Of a stretch of 64,000 nt of DNA, positions 1-14,020 are shown piece by piece. Below the pieces are notes generated by a model, which worked only from the letters and a program-made list of their open reading frames with translations, made no database searches and was not told where the DNA came from. The DNA is from the human T2T-CHM13v2.0 reference genome, Homo sapiens, in NCBI RefSeq assembly GCF_009914755.1, contig NC_060933.1; one strand, 5' to 3'. The position numbers were made by a program, and so were the translations under genes. The first letter of the stretch is position 1. Each line of letters starts with the position of its first letter.

Positions 1-3000
1 TTATGCAGTCAATTTTAGAATAAGTGCTATGTGGTACTGAGAAGAATGTATATTCTGTTTATTTGGGGTGGAGAGTTCTGTAGATGTCTATTAGGTCTAC
101 TTTGTCCAGAGCTGAGTTCAACTCCTGAATATCCTTGTTAATTTTCTGTCTCGTTGATCTGTCTAATATTGACAGTAGGGTGTTAAAGTCTCCCACTATT
201 ATTGTGTGGGAGTCTAAGTCTCTTTGTAGGTCTCTAAGAACTTGCTTTATGAATCTGGTTGCTCCTGTATTTGGTTCATATATATTTAGGATAGTTAGCT
301 CTTCTTGTTGCATTTATTTCTTTACCATTATGTAATGCCCTCCTTTGTCTTTTTTGATCTTTGTTAATTTAAAGTCTGTTTTATCAGAGACTAGGATTGC
401 AACCCCTGCTTTTTATTTCCTTTCCATTTGCTTGATAAATACTGCTCCATCCTTTTATTTTAAGCCTATGTGTGTCTTTGCATGTGAGATAGGTCTCCTG
501 AATACAGCATATTGGGTCCTGACTCTTTATCCAATTTTCCAGTCTGTGTGTTTTAATTGGGGCATTTAGCACATTTATATTTAAGGTTAATATTGTTATG
601 TGTGAATTTGATCCTCTCATTATGATGCTTGCTGGTTACTTTGCCTGTTAGTTGATGCAGTTTTTTAATAGTGTTGATGGTCTTTACAATTTGTCACGTT
701 TTTGCAGTGGCTGGAACAGGTTTTTCCTTTCCATATTTAGTGCTTCCTTCAGGAGCTCTTGTAAGGCAGGCCTGGTGGTGACAAAATCTCTCAGCATTTG
801 CTTGTCTGTAAAGGATTTTATTTCTCCTTTGCTTATGAAGATTAGTTTGGCTGGATATGAAATTTTGGGTTGAAAATTCATTTTTTTAAGATTGTTGAAT
901 GTTGGCCCCCACTCACTTCTGGCTTGTAGGGTTTCTGCAGAGAGATCCGCCGTTAGTCTGATGGGCTTCATTTTGTGGGTAACCAGACCTTTCTTTCTGG
1001 CTGCCCTTAACATTTTTTCCTTCATTTCAACCTTGGTGAATCTGACAATTATGTGTCTTGGGGTTGCTGTTCTCAAGGAGTATCTTTGTGGTGTTCTCTG
1101 TATTTCCTGAATTTGAATGTTGGCCTGTTTTGCTGGGTTGGGGAAATTCTCCTGGATAATATCCTGAAGAGTGTTTTCCACCTTGGTTCCATTCTCCCCA
1201 TCACTTTCAGGTACACCAATCAAACGCAGGTTTGGTCTTTTCACATAGTCCCATATTTCTTGGAGGTTTTGTTCATTGTTTTTATTCTTTTTTCTCTAAT
1301 CTTGTCTTCACGCTTTATTTCATTAACTTAATCTACAGTCTCTGATATCCTTTCTTCCACTTGATCGATTTGCCTATTGATACTTGGGTATGCTTCACGA
1401 AGTTCTCATGCTTTCTTTTTCAGCTCCATCAGGTCATTTATGTTCTTCTCTAAACTGGTTATTCTAGTTAGCAATTAGTCTAACCTTTTATCAAGGTGCT
1501 TAGCTTCCTTACATTGGGTTATAACAAGCTGCTTTAGCTCAAAGGAGTTTGTTATTACCCACCTTCTGAAGCCTATTTCTGTCAGTTCATCAAACTCATT
1601 CTCCATCCAGTTTTGTTCCCTTCCTGGCAAGAAATTGTGATCCTTTGGAGAAGAGGCAGTCTGGTTTTTGGAATTTTCAGCCTTTTTGCACTGGTTTTTC
1701 CTCATCTTCGTGAATTTATCTACCTTTGGTCTTTGATGTTGGTGACCTTTGGATGGGGTTTTTGTGTGGACGTCCTTTTCGTTGATGTTGATGATATCAC
1801 TTTCTGTGGGTTTTCCTTTTAACAGTCAGGCCCCTCTGCTGTAGGTCTGCTGGAGTTTGCTGGAGGTCCACTTCAGACCCCGTTTGCCTGGGTATCACCA
1901 GTGGAGGCTGCAGAACAGCAAAGATTGCTGCCTGTTCCTTCCTCGGGAAGTTTTGTCCCAGAGGGGCACCTGCCAGATGCCAGCCAGAGTTCTCCTATAT
2001 GAGTTGTCTGTCAACCCCTGCTGGGAGGTGTCTCCCAGTCAGGGGGCATGGGGGTCAGGGACCCACTTGAGGGGGCAGTCTCTCCCTTAGCAGAGCTCAA
2101 GTGCTTTGCTGAAAGATCCGCTGCTCTCTTCAGAGCTGCAGGCAGGAACATGTAAGTCTGCTAAAGTTGCGTCCACAGCCGCCCGTTCCCCCAGGTGCTC
2201 TGTCCCAGGGAGATGGGAGTTTTATCTGTAAGCCCCTGACTGAGGCTGCTGCGTTTCTGTCAGAGATACCCTGCCCAGAGAGGAGGAATCTAGAGAGGCA
2301 GTCTGACTACAGCAGATTTGCAGAGCGGCGGTGGGCTCAGCCCAGTTTCAACTTCCCAGTGACTTTGTTTACGCTGTGAGGGGAAAACTGCCTACTCAAG
2401 CCTTAGTAATGGTGGACACCCTTACCCCCATCAAGCTCCAGCATCTCCAGTCAATTTTAGACTGCTGTGCTGGGTAAACGAATTTTAAGCCAGTGGATCT
2501 TAGCTTGCTGGGCTCCATGGGGGTGGGATCCGCTGAGCTAGACCACTTGGTTCCCTGTATTCAGCCCCCTCTGCATGGCAGTGAAGGGTTGTGTCATTGG
2601 CATTCCAGGCACCACTGGGGTATGAAAAAAAAACTCCTGCAGCTAGCTCAGTGTCTGCCCAAACAGCCGCCCAATTTTTTCCTTGAAACCCAGTACCCTG
2701 TTGGTGTAGGCACCTGAGGGAATCTCCTGGTCTGTGGGTTGTGAAGGCTATGGGGAAAGTATAGTATGTGGGCCGGAATGCACCATTCCTCACGGCACAG
2801 TCCCTCATGGCTTCCCATGGCTAGCCAGTTCCCTGACCCCCTGTGCTTCACAGGTGAGGCAATGCCCCACCCTGCTTTGGCTTACCCTCTGTGGGCTACA
2901 CTCACTGTCTAACCAGTCCCAATGAGATGAGCCGGGTTCCTCAGTTGGAACTGCAGAAATCACCTGCCTTCTGCATTGATATGGCTGGGAGCTGCAGACT

Positions 3001-3028
3001 GGAACTATTCCTATTCAGCCATCTTGCC
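1..3028 (-). mobile_element. LINE-1 (L1PA7/L1PA8-like), 5' part: 5'UTR, disrupted ORF1 and the ORF2 endonuclease start; runs off the window's left edge
   Basis: Minus strand starts GGCAAGATGGCTGAATAGGAA. ORF1p pieces include MRKNQCKKAENSK and KRPNLRLIGVPESDGENG...RPALQELLKEALNMER. ORF2p EN pieces include MRGSNSHITILTLN and NIYEPNTGA...IVGDFNT. Confidence 0.95.
684..1705 (-). pseudogene. L1 ORF1p (RNA-binding protein), broken into fragments
   Basis: ORFs 1475-1705 and 684-1244 match the ORF1p N-terminus and the RRM/CTD and are separated by stops or frameshifts. Confidence 0.9.
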
Positions 3029-3203
3029 ATAGAATTCTGTGGTTTCTATGAAGCAAAGCTACCCAGAAGGAGCAGTAAGGTGTTGACAGGGAACAAGTGG
3101 CCCAAGACAGCAACTTTAAGTTTTTCCTAAGCGATACCCTGTATTTATGCACATCCAGAAACATGGTCCAAGGAGGAACACTGTGCCTCGTTTTAACCTT
3201 TAC

Positions 3204-3683
3204 TGTATTGTCTATTGCTGATCTAACAAACTACCATAAACTTTCTGGCTTAAAACAATACAATTCAGCAACACAAAGTTTTGAAGGCCAGAAATTCAAA
3301 TTTGGTCTTACTAGGCTAAGAGTCTTCTGTTAACAATAGAGAAGAATCTGTTTCCTTGCCTTTTCCAGCTTCTAGAGGGCAGTCGCATTCCTTGGCTTCT
3401 GGCCCCTTTTCATCTTCAACACCAGAAGTGGCAGGTTGAATCTTTCTTATATTGCATCACTCTGACACTGACTCTCCTGCCTTCCTCTTGCACTTATAAG
3501 GACCCTCATGGTTACCTTGAGTCTGCACAGATAATTCAGGATAATCTCCCTATCTATAGCTGATCTGATTAACTACAATAATTCCATCTACAACCTTAAT
3601 TCTCCTATGCCATATAAAAATTTACAAATTCTGAGGGTTAGAATGTGGACATCTTGTGTGGGAGCGTTATTCTTCCTTCCACA
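3204..3683 (-). mobile_element. MLT1-type MaLR solo LTR
   Basis: TGTATT...AACAAACTACCATAAACTT..TGGCTTAAAACAA start, CCTTGCCTTTTCCAGCTTCTAGAGG core and CCACA end match recalled MLT1 antisense sequence. Confidence 0.8.
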
Positions 3684-5639
3684 TCTATGTAGTGAGGAAA
3701 CAAATTCTCATGGTAAACATGTATTTGTAAAAATATCTATTCTCTAGGATTCACAAAGACAAAATACAAATAAAAATGTGTCAGGCTCTTTGACCTTAGG
3801 GAATTCATATAATGTAGTGAAAATTCTAAGTAGATTGAGGAGGGAATTACTATGCAGTAGCCTGTATGAATATACCTTTTAAAAAGTGTATGTGGTTCTG
3901 TAGTTCATGTTCTGTATCTATTGGTTTTCACGCTTAATGTGTATGAGGAAAGCATTAATAAAAACCCGACCTCCATACCCCAAATGAAGAAATGGTGATC
4001 AACTCAAATGAAATGGGTACAGGTATAAACACAAGGAACTGATCAAAAGATGCCTTTATGAAAAGTAAAAGCAGGTTTTTGCATTCTTATTATCATGTAA
4101 TAATTTTTAGTCTCAAACCTTCATCATTTCCTCTGGCTCCAACCCTGGATAACATCTATGCTGCTGATTTAGCAGCCAAGTCAGTAATTTAAGTACTAGG
4201 ACTTATTCTGCATGCTAAATTATGTTTACAGAATCAAAGGATTTTCAAATGGAAGGGCTTATCTGGAATTTGGAGATGAGATCTATCCAAGTGCAGAGAA
4301 AAATCTTAAGTCTGAGAAATAATTAAATTACAACACTGTTTTTATTAAGCTCACAATCAGTTTGTTGAAAAATGTCTCTCTGATTTTATCTTTCTTGTTC
4401 ATTTTTAAAACAAAAATTACTATTGATTTTGTAAATATAACACTTGCTCATTATAATGAGTTCAAGTCATGCAGAAAAGTAAAAAGGGGTTTAAAAAAAT
4501 CACTCCAAATCTGATTTTTTTACCATTATTAACATATAATACATGCTATTTTTATAAATAAGTATTGAAGTAGAAAGAAGCCAAATGAAGCTGAAATGAA
4601 TTGGAATGGAATTCTGTACTTCAAATAAATGTTTTATTTAGTACAGAATGTAGTATTTTCTAAGCGATCCCTCTAAAAGTTAAGAAGAGATTATTGAAAA
4701 CATTAAAATATTGAAATTATAGCTCTAAAATTTACATATGTTAATTGCTATGGCATCAATTGTTTTCCTGTTCTGAAAGAAAAAAGACATTGGCCTTTTC
4801 CTTTTCCCCTCTTCCACCTCTTGATCTTGTTATTTATAATATTTATTTATATATTGCCAAGGTTTACACATTTATATTCTGTTCTATAATTATTTAAATA
4901 TATTCTCAATGGATTTGATGTTCACTCAAGACCTTTTATGCATTTCCTCATTTTCTTACCTTTCAGGAATTTCTTAAGTAGCTGGATTTCATTATCAAGT
5001 AATGTGTACTTATCTGATTTTTAGTTTGGTTGGTTTTAGTGGAGAAGGGTGCATGTTTGCAGACATCTATAAGCTCTATCTATTGCAGTTTTATATCTTA
5101 TATACATGGATATTTTGTATACCTTGAAGGTTTGTGATGTTGCATTATATTTCTTTTCCTTCAAAATTTCTTAGATATTTTCCAGTGGCTACTGTTATGA
5201 ATGTTACTGTGGGATGATATGAAACCAATTAATGACTTATCTCAGGGTTGAGAGTTTGTGTCAAGTTTCCTTGGAATATATGTTCCTTTTCAATCTGAAG
5301 ATTAGATTTTTGCTTCGTTTCAGAGAAAGTTTCTTCATTAGTTTTGTTTTTTAAATTATCTCTTTGGATACATTGATTTGTTCCTCTGTGTGGTTTTGTT
5401 TTTTTTTAACCTAAGATACATTGCTGTGTGGCACAGAATTTGTCAGTTTTCCAGTTCTGTGAGCTTTTTGCTGGTTGTTTAATTTCATCCTTTTTTTAAA
5501 AAAAAAAATCTGTATTTGCTATTACTATCTCAATTCTTCCTTGCTTTTGAAATTTATTATTAGTTCTTTAATGATATTGTTTCCATCTCATATTTCCTTA
5601 AGTTTGCAATCCCTCTTTTCTCCATTCTTCTGTTTTTAA

Positions 5640-8600
5640 ATTCATTAAGCTTCGTAAATGAAGGAGAGTTAAAGTCTTTTTCAGACAAACAAATGCTGAC
5701 AGAATTTGCCACTACCAAACCAGCATGACAAGAAATGCTAAAGGGAGTTCTAAATCTTGAAACAAAACCTCAAAATACACCAAAATAGAACCTCCTTAAA
5801 ATAGAAATCTCACAAGATGTATAAAACAATAACACAATGAAAAAATAAAACAAGGTATTCAGGCAACAACTAGCCAGATGAATACAACATTACCTCACAC
5901 CTCAATACTGATGTTGAATGTAAATGGCCTAAGTGTTCCACTTAAAAGATAGAGTGGCAGAGTGGATAAATATCTACCAACCAAGTATCTGCAGTCTTCA
6001 AGAGAGTCACCTAGCACACATGGGCTTACATAAACTTATGGTAATGGGGTGGAAAAAGATATTCCATTCAAATGGAAACCAAAAGTGATCAGGAGTAGCT
6101 ATTCTTATATCAGACAAAACAGACTTTAAAGTAAGAACAGTTTAAAAAGACAAAGAGGGACATTATATAATGATACAAGGAGTAGTCCAACAGGAAAATG
6201 TCATAGTCCTAAGTATATATGCACCTAACAGTGGAGTTCCCAAATTTATAAAACATTTACCACTGGACCTATGAAATGAGATAGATGGCAACACGATAAT
6301 AGTGGGGGACTTCAGTACTCCACTGACAGAACTAGACAAGTCATCAAGATCAAAACAATGGACTTATACTATACTATAAAACAAATTGACTTAACAGATA
6401 TTTACAGAACATTCTACCCAACAACTGCAGAAAATACATTCTATTATTTTTTGATTTTTAAATTATGGAACATTCTTCAAGATAGACTATATGATAAACT
6501 ACAAAACAAGTCTCAACAAATTTTAAGAAAATCGAAATTATATCAAGTACTCTCTCAGAACACAGTGGAATAAAATTGGAAATCAAAGAATCATCAAAAC
6601 TATACAAATACATGGAAATTAAATAATCGCTCCTGAATGATGTTGGGTCAATAATGAAATCAAGTTGGAAATTTAAAAATTATTTAAACTGAATGATAAT
6701 AGTGACACAACCTATCAAAATCTCTGTGCTACAGCAAAAACAGTGCTAAAAGGAAAGTTCATAACATTAAATGCCTGCATGAAAAAGTCTGAAAGAACAC
6801 AAATAGACAATTGAAGCTCACACCTCAGGGAACTAGAGAAACGAGAACAAACCAAAATGAAACGCAGCAGAAGAAAAGAAATAACAAAGAGCAGAAGTAA
6901 ATGAAATTGAAACAAAAAAATACAAAAAACAAATGAATCAAATCTTGTTCTTTGAAAAGAAAAACAAAATTGATAAAGCATTAGCAAGATTAACTAAGAA
7001 AAGAAGATAGAACATCCAAAGCTCAATTAGAAAAGAAATGGAAGATATTACAGCCAATACCACAGAAATGTAAAAGATCATTTAAGGCCACTATGAGCAC
7101 CTTTATGTACACAAACTAGAAAACCTAGAGGAGATGGATACATTCCTGGAAATATACAAACCTCCTAGATTAAACCAGGAAGAAGTAGAAATTCTGAATG
7201 GACTGATAACAAGAAGTGTGGTTGAAACAGTAATAAAATATTGCCAACAACAAAAAAACTCCAGGACCAGATAGATTCACAACTTAATTTTATTAGACAT
7301 TCAAAGAAGAATTGGTATCAACCCTACTGAAATGATTTCAAAAGATAAAGAAGGAATTCTCCCTAAATCATTCTATGAAGCCATTATTATCCTAATACCA
7401 AAATCTGGAAAGAATATAACAAAATGAAAACTAAAGAACAATATTCCTGATTAACAGAGATACAAAAATACTCAATAAAATACTAGTTAACTGGATCAAA
7501 CAGCATATCAAAAAGATAATACACATGTTCAAGTGGGTTTCATACCAGGGATGCAGGGTTGGTTTAACATGGGCAAGTCCATAAATGTGATACACCACAT
7601 AAACAGAATTAAAAATGAAAATCATATAATCGTCTCGAGACACTGAAAAAGCATTTAACAAAATCCAGCATCCCTTTTTGATTAAAACCCTCAGCAAAAT
7701 TGGCATAAAAGGGACATACTTTAAGGTAATAAAAGCCATCTATGACAAACCCACAGCCAACATTATGCTGAACAGGGAAAATTTGAAAGCAATCCCCTGA
7801 GAATTGAAAGAAGACAGGGATGTTCACTTTTACCACTTCTAGTCAACATAGTACTGGAAGTCTGAGCCAGAGCAATCAGACAAGAGAAAGAAATAAAGGG
7901 CATCCAAATTGGTAATCTATCTATCACTGTTCACCAATGATATGATAATTTACCTAGAAAACCCTAAAGACTCATTGAAAAAGCTTCTAGGTTGGATAAA
8001 TGAATTCATTAAAGTTTCAGGATACAAAATCAATGTACACAAATGAGGAGCACTGCTATACACCAACAGCGACCAAACTGAGAATCAAATAAAGAACTCA
8101 ATTTTTATGAGAGCTACAAAAAACAAAAACTTAGAAATATACCTAATCAAGAAGGTGAAAGATCTCTACAAAGAAAACTAGATAACTGTTGAAAGAAATT
8201 ACAGATGACACAAATAAATGGAAACACATCTCATGCTCATAAATAGAATTAATATTGTAAAATTGCATTAATGAAGAATTAACATTGTGAAAATGCCAAA
8301 AGCAATCTACAAATTCAGTACAATTCCCATCAAAATATGACCATCATTCTTCATAGAACTAGAAATAACAATCCTAAAATTCATATGGATCCCAAAAAGA
8401 GCATGCATAGACAAAGCAATAGTAAGAAAAAAACAAAAACAAAAACAAAAAAAACCACTAGAGGTATCACATTACCTGACTTCAAATATACTACAAGACT
8501 ATAGTAAACAACATGATACCGGTATAAAAACAGGCACATAGAACAACGGAACACAATAGAGAACCAGAAATAAACCCAAATACTTACAGCCAACTGATCT

Positions 8601-9880
8601 TCAACAAAACATACAAAAACATAAATTGGGGAAAGGACACCCTATTCAATAAATAGTGCTGGGAAGTCACATGTGGAAGAATGAAACTGGATCCTCATCT
8701 CTCACCTTAAACAAAAATCAACTCAAGATGGATCAAAGACTTAAATCTAAGACCTGAGTCCATAAAAATTATAGAAGATAACATTGGAAAAACTCTTCTA
8801 GGCATTGGCTTAGGCAAAGATTTCATGGCCAAGCAACCAAAAGCAAATGCAACAAAAACAAAGATAAATAGATGGGACTTAAACTAAAAAACATATGCAC
8901 TGCAAAATACATAATCAGTGGAGTAAACAGACAGCCCACAAAGTGGGAGCAAATCTTTGCAAACTATGCATTCAACAAAAGACTAATATCCGGAATCTAC
9001 AGGGAACTAAAACAAATCAGCAAGAAAAATTAGAATAATCCCATCAAAAGTGGTCTAAAGACATGAACAGACAATTCCCATAAGAAGATATACAAATGGC
9101 CAACAGACCTATGAAAAAATGTTCAACATCACTAATTATCAGGGAAATTCAAATCAAAACCAGAATGCAATACCACCTTACTCCTGCAAGAATGGCCATA
9201 ATTTAAAAATCAAATAATAATAGATATTGGCATGGATGTGGTGAAAAGGGAACACTTTTACACTGCTGGTGGGAACATAAACTAGTATAACTGCTATGGA
9301 AAATAGTATAGAGATTCCTTAAAAGAACTGAAAGTACAACTACCATTGAATGCAGCAATCCCACTCCTGGTTATCTACTTAGAGAAAAAGAAGTCATTAT
9401 ATGAAAAAGACACATGCACACACGTTTATAGCAGCATAATTTGCAATTGTAAATATATGGAACCAGCCTAAGTGCCCATCACCGAATGAGTGGATAAAGA
9501 AAATGTGATACACACACACACACCCTAGAATACTAAGCCATAAAAAGGAACAAAATAATGTTTTTTGCATCAACCTGGATGGAGTTGGAGACGATTATTT
9601 TAAGTGAAGTTAACTCAGGAATGGATAACCAAACATCATATGTTCTCACTTATAAGTGGGAGCTAAGATACACAAAGGCATAATAAGTATATAATGGTCT
9701 CTGGGGACTCAGGGGGAAGTTTGTGAGATGGTGAGGGATTAAAAAACTATATATTGTGTTCAGTGTACATTGCTTGAGTGATGGGTGTACCAAGGTATCA
9801 GAGATCAGCACTGAATAACTTATTCATGTAACCAAACAGCACTTGTTCCCGCAAAAGCTATGGAAATAAAAAAAAAAAAA
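5640..9880 (+). mobile_element. LINE-1 L1PB-like, 5'-truncated in the ORF1 C-terminus; degenerate ORF2, 3'UTR and polyA
   Basis: Continuous degenerate ORF2 homology (EN: TATATGCACCTAAC, GTGGGGGACTTC; RT; C-terminus). L1PB-type 3' end ACTTATTCATGTAACCAAAC...GGAAATAAA followed by a polyA tail. Confidence 0.92.
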
Positions 9881-10459
9881 GAAAGAATGCCCATCCCAAA
9901 CTAGCAAGATTGCAGAGAGGAATTGGCATACCATATATGTACTGCTGATAGTATCGACAATGTTTTATTCTTCTATAAAGCAATTTGTGGTAAAAGCCAA
10001 AAAAAGGTAATTCATTTATTAAAAGAATACGGTTGAATAGTTTTAGTATTTTCTAAGAGTTTTCAGCCATCAGAATTTTAGAACATTTTAATCACCCCAT
10101 TAAAAAGCATATCAGCAACCACTCCCCTTTTTTCTTATCTCACCCCCAGCCTAGGCAACCTGTACTCTATTTTCTGTCACTATTGATATAGCCAAGAAAA
10201 ATTTCTACATGAATGTTTATAGCAGCACTATACATAATAATCAAAGATAGTCCCCTTAAGTTTTGCCATTGTACCTGTTTCTTCCTTGAGCTTCAAGAAG
10301 GAACATTCCTCATTCTTTTCCTTTATGTCAGTGCAGCATTTCTCTCCAAGGAAATTGCTTCACAAAATCCTCCCTCTTTGCATACTCTGAGCTATTTTTA
10401 TATCCTTGATCCAGCTGAGACATTCACTAGTCTTGAAACTGGTTCCAAATAGGCAAAGA

Positions 10460-11050
10460 GAAGGTAGTATAGGTTAGCATTTTGAGACATGGATTCAAGA
10501 AATAAACGAGCCCATTCACATTCTGCCTGATATGGTTAGACTTTGTTGTCCCCACCCAAATCTCATCTTGAATTGTAATCCCCATGTGTCAAAGGTAGGA
10601 GGTGATTGGATCATGGGGGCAGTTTCCTGCATGTTGTTCTCATGTTAGTGAGTGAGTTCTTACAAAATCTGGTGGTTTTATAATGCAGTTTTCCCTGCTC
10701 TTGTTCCCTTCTCTCTCTCCTGCTGCCTTGTGAAAATGTGCTTGCTTCCCCTTTTACCATGATTGTAAGTTTCCTGAGGTCTTCCCAGCTATGCAGAACT
10801 GTGAGTCAATTAAACCTCTTTTCTTTATAAATCACCCAGTCTCAGGCAGTTCTTTATAACGATGTGAGAATACACTAATACTCCACCTTTGCCAGTTACA
10901 AGAGAAATTACTTAAGCTTTCTGAAATTCCGTTTTCTCTTCTGTAAAACTGATAATAGCATAATGTTCTCATAGATTTGTAACATTTAAATGAATCAATT
11001 CATGTAAAGTGCTTGTAGTGATACCAAATATTCAAAAAGTAAAATGTGTT
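10460..11050 (+). mobile_element. MIR SINE split by a THE1/MST LTR
   Basis: MIR core TTACTTAAGCTTTCTGAAATTCCGTTTTCTCTTCTGTAAAA...TAAATGAATCAATTCATGTAAAGTGCTT lies right of the LTR; a weak MIR 5' part lies left. Confidence 0.6.
10528..10881 (+). mobile_element. THE1/MSTA-type MaLR solo LTR
   Basis: TGATATGGTT...CCCACCCAAATCTCATCTTGAATTGTAATCCCC...CCATGATTGTAAGTTTCCTGAGG...CTAATAC. Confidence 0.9.
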
Positions 11051-11059
11051 AGTGATTTT

Positions 11060-14020
11060 ATATTTTTAATTTTTGTGTTGTGTAAAAAGCACATATCATA
11101 ACAGTTACCATCTTAACCATTTTTACATGTACAGTTCAGTAGTGTTTACGTTTATACTGTTGCAATATAAATCTTTAGAACTTTTTTGTCCCTCAGAACT
11201 GAAACTTCTTAAAACAACTATAACCCCATAGTCCCCTTTCCTCAGTACCTGATAATCACCATTTTACTTTTGACATCTAGGAATTTGACTACTTTGGATA
11301 ATTCATATAAATGGAATCATATTTGTCCTTTTTGGATGCCTTATTTAACTTAGCATAATGTTCTTAAGATTTATCCATATTGTACCATGTAACAGAATTT
11401 CCTGCCTTTTAAAGTCTGCATAGAATTCCATTTTATCTTTATACCACATTCTGTTTATCCATTAAACTGTCAATGGACATACGGGTTATTTTCACCTCTT
11501 GGCTATTGTAAATAGTGCTGCTATAAACATGGTTGTGCAAATACCTCTTAAAGTCCTTGCTTTCAAATTTTTGGAATACATACCCAGAAGTGGGATTGCT
11601 AGATCATCATATGGTTGTTCTATTTGTAAGTTTTTTAAGAATCATACTTTTTTCCGTAGATGTTGCACCATGTTACAATCTCACCAACAGTGTACAAGGG
11701 TTCCGCCTTCCCTACATCTCTGCTAATACCGGTTATTTTCTGTTTTTAAATTGTAGTCACCCTAATGGGTATGAGGAAATACCTCATTGTGGTTTGATTT
11801 GCATTTCTCTTATGATTAGTGATGTTGAGCATCTTTTCTTATTGGCCATTTGTACATCATCTTTGGAGAAATGTCTCCTTAAGTCTTTTGCCCATTTTTA
11901 TTTTTTATTTTTAAATTTTATTTCAATACTTTCTGGGGTACAAGAGGTTTTTGGTTACATGGGTAAGTTCTTTAGTGGTGATTTCTGAGATTTTAGTGCA
12001 CCCATCACCTATACAGTGTACACTGTACCGAATATGTAGTCTTTTATGTCTCACTACCTCCCAAGCTTCCCCCACTACATTCCCCAAAGACAATTATATC
12101 ATTCTTATACCTCTGTGTCCTCACAGTTTAGCTCCCACTTATAAGTGAGAGCATACAATATTTGGTTTTCCATTCCTGAGTTACTTCACTTAGAATAATG
12201 GCCTCCAGCTCCATCCAAGTCGCTGCAAAAAACATTACTTTGTAGATATATATCTATAGATATATATACACACCCTGTGATATATATATCACAATTTCTT
12301 TATCCACTCATTGGGTGATGGGCACTTAGGTTGTTTTCATATCTTTGCAATTGTGAATTGTGTTGCTATAATCATGCATTTGCATGTGTCTGTTTCATAT
12401 AATGACTTCTTTTTGTTTGGGTAGATACTCAGTAGTGGGATTGCTGGATTGAATGGTAGTTGTACTTTTAGTTCTTTAAGAAATCTCCATACTGTTTTCC
12501 ATAGTGGTTGTACTGGTTTACATTCCCACCAGCAGAGTAAAAGTGTTCCCTTTTCATCACATCTATGCCAGCATCTATTGTTTTTTGACTTTTAAATTAT
12601 GGCCATTCTTGCAGGAGTAAGGTGGTACCGCATTGTGGTTTTGATTTGCATGTCCCTGATAATTAGTGATGTTGAGCATTTTTTCCTAAGTTTGTTGGCT
12701 GCTTGTATAGCTTCTTATGGTTAATTGTCTATTTATGCCCTTAGACCATTTTTTGATGTGATTGTTTCTTGCTGATTTGAGTTCCTTGCAGATTCTGAAT
12801 CTTAGTCTTTGCGGGACGCATAGTTTGCCAATATTTTCTTGTTATCTGTTTATTGTCCTGATTATTTTGCTGTGCAGAAGCTTTTTAGTTTAATTAGCTC
12901 CATTTATTTCTGGTTTTGTTGCATTTACTTTTGGGTTTTTGGTCATTAATTCTTTGCCTTAGCCCATGTCTGGAAGAGTTTTTCCAGTATTCTAGAAATT
13001 TTATGGATTCAGGTCTTAGATTTAAGTCTTTGATCTATCTTGAGTTGATTTTTGTATAAGGTGAGAGATGAGGATCCAGATACATTCTCCTACACGTGGC
13101 TTGCCAGTTTTCCCAGCACTGTTTATTGAATAGGGTGTCCTTTCCCCAATTTATGTTTTGCTTTGTTATTTATGTTATGCTTTGTTGAAGATCAGTTGGC
13201 TGTAAGTATTTGGGTTTATTTCTGGGTTCATTGTTATGTTTTATTGGTCTATGTGCCTATTTTTATAGTAGTACCTTGCTGTTTTGGTAACTATAACCTT
13301 GTAGTATAATTTTAAGTCAGGTAACGTGATGCCTCCAGATATTTTTCATTTTGCTTACTATTGCTTTGTCTATGCATGTTCTTTTGGGGTTCCATATTAA
13401 TTTTAGGATTCTTTTTTCCAGTTCTGTGAAGAATGATAATGGTATTTTGAAGGGAATTGCATTGGATTTATAGATTGCTTTTGACAGTATGGTTATCTTC
13501 ACAATGTTGATTCTTCCCATCCATGAGCATCAGATGTGTTTTCACTTTTTTTTTTTTTTTTGCAGCTGTAGTAAAAAGGATTGAGTTCTTGATTTGATTC
13601 TCATCTTGGTTGTTGCTGGTGTATAGCAGTACTCCTGATTTATGTACATTGATTTTGTATCCTGAGACTTTATTGAATTTGTTTATCAGCTCTAGGAGCT
13701 TTTTGGATGAGTCTTTAGAGTTTTCTAGGTATATGATCATATCATTGGCAAACAGCAACAATTTTATTTTATACTTCCTGTTTTCCAGTTTGGATGCCCT
13801 TTCTTTCTTTCTCTTGTCTGATTGCTGCGATTTGCCCATTTTACAATTAGGTTATTTGATTTCTTATTGCTGCATTGTAGTTCTATATGAATTCTGGATA
13901 TTAAGAACTTATGTAATAACTGATATATGATTTGCAAATACTTTCTCCCATTACATGGGATTTTTTTTACTTTGTTGATTTTTTTTGTTGTTGAACAGAA
14001 GTTTTAAAGTTTGATATAGT
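11060..14020 (-). mobile_element. Older L1M (L1MA/MB) 3' region hosting a nested L1PB
   Basis: Antisense L1 3'UTR/ORF2 at 11060-11900 resumes at about 13831-14020. Confidence 0.75.
11900..13830 (-). mobile_element. LINE-1 L1PB-like, 5'-truncated, nested, with TSD
   Basis: Antisense L1PB 3' end GGTTACATGGGTAAGTTCTTTAGTGGTGATTTCTGAG. ORF2 fragments [12 protein letters not shown] and MGRINIVK. Direct repeat TTTGCCCATTTT at about 11887 and 13831. Confidence 0.9.
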
